Source: Chrysomallon squamiferum (taxonomy: Eukaryota; Animalia; Mollusca). From it: DNA of 64,000 nt. The notes below the pieces were generated by a model. That model saw only the letters and a list, made by a program, of their open reading frames with translations, made no database searches and had not been told where the DNA came from. The stretch is from assembly GCA_012295275.1 (NCBI GenBank), contig CM022671.1, forward strand, positions 30,690,001 through 30,754,000, given 5' to 3'. Position 1 is the first letter of the stretch. Each line of letters begins with the position of its first letter. The position numbers and the translations under genes are program-made. This document shows positions 25,056-35,944 of the stretch, in pieces.

Positions 25056-26282
25056 AGAATCTCAGAGACAGAGACAAAAATAGACATGAATAGAAACAAG
25101 AACAGGAGTATAACAACGACAGAGACCGAAAGAGAGACACTCAATTAAACATTCAGCGAAAAAAACAGAAAAGAAAGAGACAGAGACAGCAAGAGAAATA
25201 TATAGAGAAGCAAAAATTATTTTAAAATAAAACTAGCTATAATAAAAAAGTGCCGATTGTAATTTTATATTAAGCTGTGTAAGTTCAACACGTGTTGAAT
25301 ACTTCTGTCTAATTTAACAGACGCTGAGGTTAAATCACCGGTTCCAAGATTGGCAATAATAATTATTATTATCTAAGACTGGCAAGTGTAGCAATCGTAT
25401 CTCAGTGTAAACTCCCTCTTTTCTGTAACTAATCATCAAATACATTGACAGTAATTTGATCAGAAATCCCTTGATTGTGAATCCATAACATTCTTGCCTT
25501 AACTAAAGATGAACGTTCCATTAAATACATTACTAACTTCAAGTATAATGCCCGAACATGTCGACTGAAGGTTTTTTAGTTTTGTTCTTGTTGGATAAAA
25601 AATTTCATGTCATTTGTTACAACTACTAAGAGCTATAAGATTCAGAATGGTAAAGGTCAAAAAGGCAAGAAAAAGAATAAAAATTGTAATCGATAGTTGT
25701 GTTTTTATCGTTTCCTCTCTATCAACAATTAAAATTTAATAAATTGGGTTTTGTGAATATTTCGTAGTTTAAATCAAGGATGAATGAATGAAGGTTAACA
25801 ATACCTCAACGTTCTAATATTTAAAATTGTAAATTAATATAAGTGCACTCCACAGAAGGACAAAAATATTTACGTTAGTAAATATCTTTATTTGTGGGGA
25901 ATCAGTATCAGAATAGCTGATCCAAATGCGCATCTTAAATTGAGGCAAATTAGTAAATTATTGAACGCTACTGGATCAATGTATAATTACACACAGATAC
26001 ATACATGAATACGCTTCAAAGGTCGGATTTCATTATTAATCAGATGTGGTTAATAAGGCAAGCGATCACCCGTGGCAACCGAAACAGACATAGAAAAGAG
26101 TTAAAGCTAAATTAAGCGAAGGATGAAAAATCCAGCGATCCATGACTTTGTAGATATTCAAACGAATTCAGTAACATTTCATTGCTTTTAGCACTCAGTC
26201 ATTTGATAATCTACGGCTTTTTGTTTCAGTTATTTAATCTCTTTAAACAGGCAGGATTAATATTAAATATATCTGTCCTTCG

Positions 26283-26317
<35 letters not shown>

Positions 26318-26330
26318 CATCCATCCATCC

Positions 26331-26398
<68 letters not shown>

Positions 26399-26485
26399 GT
26401 CTGTCTATCTATCTATCTATCTATCTTCTATCTATATATTTATTTATCTATCTGTCTATTCATCCATCCATCCATCCATCCATCC

Positions 26486-26558
<73 letters not shown>

Positions 26559-26690
26559 CCTATTTATCTATCCCTTTATATATCTATATCTCTGTCTCTC
26601 TGTCTGTCTTTCTGTATATCTATCTTTCCATCTGTCCGTCTATCTATCTATTTATCTATCTGTCCGTCTATCTATTTATCTATCTGTCTG
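26283..26690. repeat. (TATC)n/(CATC)n compound microsatellite
   Basis: Long tetranucleotide arrays. Confidence 0.9.
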
Positions 26691-27024
26691 ATATCTGTCT
26701 CTGTCCGTCCGTCCGCGATTCCTTCCGTGCGTCCGTCCCTTAATCCATCCATGCATTATTTTAAATATGATTCATATTACGTGTTAACGTAATCATGTTT
26801 ATAAATATGTATGTATGTACGTATTTATGGCGATAGATCGACAGATACACAAATCAAGTGACGCATAATAAAAAATCAAATATTCACCGTGTACAGCCGA
26901 GCACTCTCACAGCACAACAACTGACAAGTCAACACAACACACGTTTGTTATCTCTAAATCTGCGACGTTTTGCTCCCGGCGGCCATTAAATTAATTATAC
27001 GTAATTGTTTGTCATCCTTCGACA

Positions 27025-27060
27025 CGCCACGCCCCCACGGGCGGGCTATAAAAGGAGCGC
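27025..27060 (+). promoter_or_regulatory. Pol II core promoter: Sp/KLF GC boxes + TATA box
   Basis: GCCACGCCCCC and GGGCGGG immediately followed by TATAAAAG (27047-27054) in a CpG-rich island. Confidence 0.6.
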
Positions 27061-27079
27061 GGGTCTCCCGGTGTAAACT

Positions 27080-29866
27080 GGCATGAAAACAAAGTCTATT
27101 TTTTTTTTTATAAACTCCACACAACGCGTTGTAAAGCAGCGTGCAATCCCACGACTGAAACTATCGATGAAAAACCGGAGACAAGTATCTGCAGATGGAT
27201 GACAATGAATGACAGACTCGCGACTTGCACTTGAAACCAACGACACGAAACAGCAGATGAGTAATAGCGGATGTTATACGTGGTAGGTAAAGTCGATATC
27301 GACCAGGCCTGAGTTGTTTGTGTAAACCTTTTGTATATTTAGATATACCAGGGATATCAATGAAAGATGTCGATATCTGGTATCGATCTTGTAAGTAAGA
27401 TTCATTCGATTTGTCATTTGAAAAACGAAATGACGTCGATATTGGACAATTCTGAATAAAACAGAGCTGATGCGTTAAATTAATTTGGTAAATTAGTTCG
27501 AAGCTATTCCATATATATATAAATATGTTTAGTATAATCATTGTATAGTTATGTACAGAAAGACAAACAGACACGCACACTTATATACATACACTTTCTC
27601 TCTCGTTCCTTCTCATACACCACTCTCGTTCCTTCTCATACACCACTCTCGTTCTCTCACTCAAATAAAAACAAACAAAACATATAAAAATAAATAATAA
27701 CTAAAGCCCCACAAAAAACAAAACAAATAACGACGTCAACAATAAAATAACAATAATAAAAAAATAAAAGACATTAAATTTATGAATGAAAATTCTACAA
27801 GTGAATTAACGTTGGTTTAATCAAATACGAATTACCGTTATTAAAACACATTTATTTATTTACATGCTGGGAACATCACATTAAATTTTCAACATCACAT
27901 TCAGTTATTTCATTATTCATTCAAACCTTCGGTCTGCAATTCAACAAGCAGTCAGACCACAAAAACACAACCAGCGACATTACCAGAATAACATTAGTCA
28001 CTGCACTGGCTTAATTTCCAGACATAATCCCGTGGTTTGCAAACCACGACATGACACTGGATGAAAAGACTTGAATGTTTTAAGATCAATGGATTAGCGA
28101 AACAGCTGCCTTGGTTTGATAACGCAGATATTACACATGTATGTCATGCCCGCAGCAAACCAATACAACGTTTTCTTCATCTCCGAGACGCTACAGATCG
28201 CAGATCGTTCACATTTGACTCAGCTAATACTGAAACCTTCAGCGACATCACGATTCCATCACTAACTGATGCTGTCTTGGGAGAAATCGAGATTGGAGAC
28301 ACAAAACGTATGATACACTATTATTATAATGTTTTACGCCATTTTACCACAGAGAGCATGTAGCATGTCAATATCTCTGACCTTACCATACTTTAAGCAA
28401 TGTATCATTTTTACAAGATACTTTACCATACAGTATGAAAAAATGTTTTAATATTATAATCAAAACCCATCATGAAGTATTTTCCTTATTATTAGCTACT
28501 GATTATATTCCATGATACACTAATTATCATGAGACATTTACCATTATCATATGCAACGTTTCAGTATTATACTCAAAACAGCCATGCAGTATGTCATTAT
28601 AATTAGCTACTGAACATTACTCCATGAAATATTTCATTATGAAAACCCCCACAAAAAACCTCTTTACAATACTGGATGCAGTATTTCATTATTTTAATCG
28701 ACCTTCTAGGCTCCATGCAATGTGTCATAATTATTGCTTCTAACACTTCGCATTGTTTCATAATTATAGGCCATCATATCAGACGTCGTATTATAAATTT
28801 TATAAAATATTATGTGTAAAATCTGCACATGGTTTTTAAAAGCACATTATCATTTATATCTGTAAAACAATGCACTTCAGTACTGCAATAAAGCTAGTTT
28901 AAATGCAGTCGATATCTACATGATAATTTAGGTAAAAGAGAAATTAAAGAAAAAAACGGTGGATCTAAACTAGCTGAAATTAGTACTCATGACTGATATT
29001 TTAACCTTAGAATTGTCTAGATTGATTCTGAACATTAGCTTGGAATACATTTTAAATTTTAAAATATATCTGAAGCCATGGCTGTAGAAATTTCAAGCTC
29101 AATTGTATAGAACAAGTTTTATGTATATTATTGTACAGTATCGATTTAAAAATACAAGATAGAAATATTTGTTGTTTGTTTAAAGTGATTTGCTCAGAAA
29201 ATCAGTTGCGTGAACGATATAAGTCATTCATTCTTGATTATATTCTGTAAGTAGATAATGTCCATTACTGATAAATAAGAGGAGAGATTAAAAAAACGGA
29301 AAGAAAGAAACCAAAATACGGGATGCAAAAAAAAAAAAAAAAAAAAACGTTTTAAACGAAGAAAAAAAGACTGGGAAATTAAAAAAAAAAAAAAAAAAAA
29401 ACCTTCATCATATTGTGTCATGCTGTTGTTGCCTCATTTTTCTTCATTTCTGGCGGGTTTTTTCTACTCATTTTTTTTAAAAGCGAAATTTAAAACTACA
29501 AACAGATGTTCATAAAGCGAAGTCTTCTTCGTTCAGCATCGAGTTCGTCTGCCATCCGACGTCTCATTAACGGGAACGTGGCAGAATTTCAAAATGAACG
29601 ACCTCCCCATTAACATAAATAACAGACATGGATACCCCGAACATGTAATCGACAGAAGCTTCTCTCCGAAGGAGTGAAATTAAATGAACCTGAGGGTAAA
29701 ATTTGGGGAAGAAAAGATCAAAGAAAACTAAATAGAGTAATCCGCAAGGATTTCAATTATTTGTATCAATTGGATAGCCAGTCTCGCAGAGCCGTTGTTG
29801 TGGTTGCTGTTTACGGGGATGCTAATGGTATTCTTTTCAGTTCTGATGATGTCATCTGCCGTCTGA
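27080..29866 (+). pseudogene. candidate nested antisense gene/pseudogene of unknown family (3 exon-like blocks)
   Basis: ATG 27271 with donor AG|GTAAAG (27286) joins TTTCCAG| (28022) in frame: MLYVV-DIIPWFANHDMT. A second PWFDNADIT motif lies 79 nt later in a shifted frame. Donor C|GTATGA at 28307, acceptor TTCGTTCAG| at 29537, hydrophobic tail frame ending at 29866. Confidence 0.33.
28310..28765. repeat. degenerate ~40-bp tandem repeat
   Basis: Recurrent catgcagtatgtcattataattagctactga-like units. Confidence 0.55.
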
Positions 29867-29929
29867 GAGAGAAATTTGTCAAGACATTACGGCTGTCGCA
29901 GATGACGTGTAGTTAACTGCAGTGATAAC

Positions 29930-30785
29930 GATAATGCTCAGTGATGCCATGTGTTTCTTGAGTCATGAATATCCGAGTTGTTTGATTCGGTAATAACCGT
30001 AATTCTCCGTGATGCCCCTGTTCTTCAACATGCACGTATAAGGTCTTGTTTCTGAGTTGTTTGATTCAGTAATAACCATAATTCTTTGTGATGTTTTGAT
30101 TCAGTAATAACCATAATTCTTTGTGATATTTTAATAAGTAATAACCATAATGTTTTTTGGTGATCTTTTGATCGAGTAATAACTAAAGTTCTTTGTGATG
30201 CCCTGTCCTTCAACATACATGTATACCATCCTATTTATCTTGTATGTGATTCAGTAATAAGATCAAGCCTAATGATGTCCTGTATCTCCAGAGAGACTTT
30301 TAACGTTATTTTTCTGAGATGTTTCATTCAGTAAGAGTCAAAACTCTCAATATTGTCCTTTTCTTCCACACACATGCATAACGTATATTAATGATTCAAT
30401 AATAAGCCATGTACCTCATGGTGTTCTATAATTCAAAGACATGTATAACGTTCTATGATTCATTAATAATCTAAAGCCAAATGATGTCCGGTACTTCCAG
30501 AGACAGGTATAACGACATTTTCGTGAAGTATATGATTCAGTAATAACATAAAACTTTATGATGACCGGTCTTTCCAGAAATACGTATTTAACGTCTTATC
30601 TTTGAGGTGTTTGTTTCAGTAATAATTGTAATACTTTACGATGTCCTTTTCGTCCAGAGATACGTATACCGGCCCGTTTCTGAGCTATTTACTTCAATAA
30701 TAACATAACACTTTATGATGACAGGCCCTTCCAGAGACATGCAAAAATCCTATATCTCAGCTATCTGATTCCAAATAACAGTAAT
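29930..30785. repeat. degenerate ~78-bp minisatellite with ~35-bp sub-units
   Basis: Core TGATTCAGTAATAAC recurs about 14 times, followed by gatgtcc...ttccagagac...tataacg. Confidence 0.85.
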
Positions 30786-32696
30786 CTCAATGCCAATTTT
30801 TCCTTGACAGGGTTTAAGAGATACCCCGTCGTCCATAGACTATCATATTTGACTTAGGAATTAAACAGTACTATTTTCTGAATTAAGCGACCATATCATC
30901 AACATGATAATAATCATCATGATCTAACTATCATAACAGTAACAGAAACTACTTCTACAACTACAGCTACAACAGTGGTACAACTTCTAGTCTTTCAATC
31001 ATAATTACTATCATGCTTACAATAGCAACAACGACAAATACTACTACTACTACTGCAGCTGCTATTATAATGTATAATAATATTATTGATAATGATGATC
31101 TCATTGATGACTGAGATGATGCTGATGACAACAATAATAATAATAATAATCATAATAATAATAATGATGATGATGATGATGATGATGATAATAATAATAC
31201 GATTATTTTTTATTAATGCGTTCGGATACTTTTTCAAACGCAGATTCTTGTTCTAGGCATCCTATGAAGCGTGTAATTATATGATAACATCTGAATATGA
31301 TTCTAGCACACAAATATGACATTAATGTATCTTTTACACCCTTTTATCTAGCTTTGAGTTTCAGTGCATTAGTAATCTTGCAGCTTATTGCGATATGCCT
31401 GCTGGAACTCAGGCGTTCACAAAATACATAAAATACAATAGTATACGAAAAAAAAAAAATTACAAGTTATTTGTTACATACCGCTTTTATTACAAACAGC
31501 ACGAAGCCATGCAGTATAATGTAGTTTACGTATGGAATCAAAAACCTTGCTTCAAGCTATTTTATCAGTTAAAAATATCTCATTACGTATAATGGATTAT
31601 ACAGAGTTTATCACTAGTAGCAAGACCGAATGCTAAGTATTTTTGTTTGATTTAGTTTAAATGACCTTTTTTTTTTTTTTTTTTTTTCAGAATTGGATAG
31701 TTAAATATAACATTAAAAAAGTATTAGACTTTAGTGTAGGTAAGGATATTTCAGACAGATTTTAAGTCTTCATATATTTTTCGTGGTATTAAGGCTATGT
31801 GAAGACAGAGATTTATACAGATCCGCTGGTGATTCCACACCTCAAAATGCGTACTATGACAATTTTCTGTTCTTTACCAAATAACAAGTTCTTTAAAAAC
31901 ACCATCACCACCACCAACAAAACAACTTCAACAGAAACAAAAACAAAAGCAACAAATAATCCAACAAAAACAATAACAACAAAAACAAAAACAACAAATA
32001 ATCCAACAAATAATCCAACAAAAACAACAACAAAAGCAAACAAACAGAACAGACAATAACAACAGTAAAATGCAATGATTAATCAATATTAATTTCAGTT
32101 TTAAATTTAATTCGGTGATTCTAACTAATCAGTCTGAATAAGCTGGCTGTTGACTATGGATTTTGCTGTAACAAGATGGCGTGTTGGCTCATGCTGCTAA
32201 TAACATGAACTAAATAAATCATTGCATGAATCCCCAGTTCCCAAATATAGATGATTAAATTTCGATAAACCATTAGGATCATGGTAATCCCAGTGGCTTT
32301 GGATTTTCAATGAGTCGAAACCAATTATGAACTAATCTAAATCTCTGTGGCTGTCTTCACCTCAGAACTTTATGTTTTTCACTTTCTTTATCAGAACCAT
32401 TATCGTTTTTTCCCTCTCTTCTTTCATCTCTGTCTTCTGGTTGTCTGTTATCATACTCTTTCTGTCAATATCCAAGTCTGTACTCTCACTACAAGTTTAT
32501 ATATATGTCTATCCATTCCTCGTGTCTTTGTTTTCTTTCTGAAACTCTCTTTTACCATAGTTCTTTCATACTTTCTAAATTTTTCTTTTTTACTCTTTTT
32601 ATCTGTTCATGTGATGCTTTATCTTTCGTTTTTTCTGGTCATCTACATGTCCATCTTTCTGCCTATCTTTGTCCTTGCTGTAGTTTCCATTCTTCT

Positions 32697-32776
<80 letters not shown>

Positions 32777-32845
32777 CTCCTTTTCCTTCTTTTTATTCTT
32801 TCATTCTGTCTGTCTTCTCTCTTTATGACTTTATCTACCTATCTA

Positions 32846-32859
<14 letters not shown>

Positions 32860-32879
<20 letters not shown>

Positions 32880-32882
32880 GTC

Positions 32883-32928
<46 letters not shown>

Positions 32929-33704
32929 AAATAATGCGACCCATCGTTCCAAGTATCTGTGACGAATGTCATGCAAGCGTTTTGTTTCAAATGACAGTTC
33001 TCTAACAATCTCAGAATTCCAGGATCTTGAGACGATACCTTCCACAATATTTTACAAAACGAGCAGTCGAATTCCGTTCGTCTTCCGCTGGGATTACTAC
33101 AGTGCGAACCAGTTCCGGCTAATTCCTCACAACGCGTGAATCATGCGGAAGAACTTACGCGATGAAAAAAACAAACAATAGTTAATGCATTTGATGATTA
33201 ATGTATGAACTTTTTACCTTTTTTTTTCTTTTTTTTTTAACGTTTTAATTTTCCTTTTCCATTTTTTCTTCTGATTTTTCTTTCACTTTTGAATATGTAT
33301 TTAATAAAGTATTTATTTATTTACTTACTTACCTATTGATTTCTTTATTTATTTATATTGTAATTTTTTCCTGCTGATACTACCGTTATAAAATAACTAT
33401 TTTTATTATTATTATTATTAATAATACTACTACCACAACTACTACCTCTCCTACTATTATGAATTATACTACCAGTATTGCTCCTAACACCACTACTACC
33501 TCTACAACTAATAACCATAATAATACTAACATCATCATCATTATCGTCATTTTTATAATCATTATTTTCATCTTCATAATCATCAGAATATTCATTTTCT
33601 TTTCATCAATATTTTTTCTTCTTTCTTTTTTCACATTTTTCTTTCTTTCATTCTTTCTTTCTTTCATTCATCATCATCTTCTATTGGCGTCGCTCTATTT
33701 TATC
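32860..33704 (-). repeat. long inverted repeat, right arm
   Basis: Reverse-complement match to 24001-24782, from the (CT)n/gcgaccc end to ctattggcgtcgctc...tatc. Confidence 0.92.
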
Positions 33705-34744
33705 GTCACTGTGTATGTTCCAGTAGCATAAGCTTTCGATCGTGATAATTTGATCCCATTCAAACGTCCCTCAACTAATAACTGAGTGGTTTGCATGCTG
33801 TGATTTTACAAGCATCAGGCAAGTAAGTAATTGAAGATTCTTTTCTGAGAATCTCGGGAAGTCATCAGACTCTTCTTGTTACCGCTGGTAATGCACTTCC
33901 TAAAACCTATCCGAGCAGTAATGACGCATATTGCTGTTTCTGTGTAAATATCGAAATATTACATTAAAAACGTCGACGCCGAATTGACTTCTGCAGGTCC
34001 CCAGTGAATACAAGCAAGATTTATGTAGAACAACCATCATCAACGTCGGATCCATCATCTCAATTTATTTATTAAGAAAGCTCATCTTTGAAAGCTCTTG
34101 CAGATTGTGTCCTCGTAAGCCAAGTTGATGCGACATTACACTAACGTTGAAACGGACCGTGTTTCGGCTGCATCTACTTTTTCATTCGTAACATATCATG
34201 GTCACAAGTGGAGTGATTTGTAACTTGTTAAGAAGAAGAAGAAAAAGAAGAAGAAGAAAGAACGAAAGAAAGAAAGAAATGAGACTCAGCACATATTAAC
34301 GATATTTTTTTGTAGCCTTTTTTTTTTTTTTTTTTTTATTTCATTTATTACGGTGTTTGTTAGATTTTTGGTCTTTAACGAGCAAGTGTTTGTGTGGCAT
34401 TATTTATTTATAATCCGTAAAACAAAGTGGCAGACATATATTAAGCTTAGCAGACACTTAGGTACTTACACATTTGCCTATCCCTCTGTATGTCTATCCA
34501 CGTAGTATGTAATCAATGTCTGAATTTAAAAAAATAATAATAATAATAAAAAGAGAAAAAAAATTGAATAATGAGATAGAAAAAAGGATGAAAAGAAAAT
34601 ATTTCCTGCAATTTATCGTAGTCCTGGAAACAGCCGTTAAAAAAAATTATATATTAATAAAAAAAAAAAAAAAATTGTTTGGGTTAAGAATATTGGACCA
34701 TTTGTCTAATAGCCAGAAATTAATAAATTAATTTCAATAACCTG

Positions 34745-34983
34745 TTTTTTTTCGTTTCTCTTTTCACTTAGACTAAAACCGATGCCGAATTCTTGCCTGA
34801 CTCCGCCTGTAATAAACTTAACGTAAGCACCGTCTTAATGTTTATTGGCGTCTTTTCATAACCAAAGCCATGACTCAACTTTCATTTCGTGGTGGTCTAA
34901 AAACCTCACTTAGTGTCGAGTACGCAGATGGGTTCTGCCCGGTGAAGCGGAATCAGAATCGTTTTAGTTTCCAGAATTCGACT
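34745..34983 (+). repeat. diverged direct repeat copy 1 (AP-1 site TGACTCA 34871-34877)
   Basis: Collinear similarity to 35695-35944: gactaaaac, tcttgc.tgactc, tggcgtctttt.ataacca, ccatgactca, cgtggtggtc, gaagcgga. Confidence 0.8.
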
Positions 34984-35083
34984 CTGTTAAGTAATAGCTG
35001 CTGATGCTAACAGACACAGAAAGAGAGAGAGTGAACGGTGTTCTGTTCAAGCACCGAGTGAGTTACTGGGTGGTAGCATGTAT

Positions 35084-35171
<88 letters not shown>

Positions 35172-35694
35172 GAGGAGAAAGAAAGAAAGTCAGAGAGAGA
35201 GGAATGTGCTGGAGGAAAGACAGAGGAACACACAGAAAAAAGAAATAAAACAACAGATAGTGGAAGCATGCGAGAAAGAGTGCGGGACAGACACAGACTG
35301 ATAAACAGACACAAAGACAGCTGGACAGACAGACAGACAGACATACAGATAGACAAAAAGAAAAAGAGAGATGGGGCAGTCCCATAAATCAAACTGCACA
35401 CCACTTTAATAACTAATATCAGATACATACTTAATATGTAGGTAAATATTTTAAAATTAAAAGGAAACATCAATAAATAGAATCATTAAATTATCCATAA
35501 AAGTGTCGTTTTATTCGTCTAATAACAATTTTCTTTTACTAATCGAATCACTTTCGTCATAAAGAAGATCACATTTAGATAGAAAAATTGAATTAATTAT
35601 TATCAATTATCAGCTGCATTACAAAATTCCTTTCAATTATTTTGCTATAAAAACAAAATTGTTGTTGGTTTTTTTTTTTTTTTTATTATTATTT

Positions 35695-35944
35695 TTTTTT
35701 TTCGATTCTCTTTTTCACGCGGACTAAAACAAATGCCAACCTCTTGCGTGACTCTGCCAGCATTAATCTGAACATAAACTTGATCGTCGTGGTTACTGGC
35801 GTCTTTTGATAACCAGATCCATGACTCAGCTTTCCATTCCGTGGTGGTCCGCAGTCCCTCTCGGTGAGCGAGCTGCGGCGAGGGTCTGGTTTGACGAAGC
35901 GGAGAATGCGAGATCGCGTTCGTTTCGGTTTCACAGAATCACTT
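35695..35944 (+). repeat. diverged direct repeat copy 2 (AP-1 site TGACTCA 35822-35828)
   Basis: Collinear with copy 1 at 34745-34983. Confidence 0.8.

Noticed and set aside
26182-26691. ORFs with SIYL, LS, RE, poly-N, poly-T or poly-I tracts here and elsewhere in the ORF track
   Set aside because: Translations of microsatellites.
29590-29680. Frame containing HGYPEHVIDRS, reminiscent of Penelope-like retroelement proteins
   Set aside because: Only a short motif; no RT or GIY-YIG signatures nearby.
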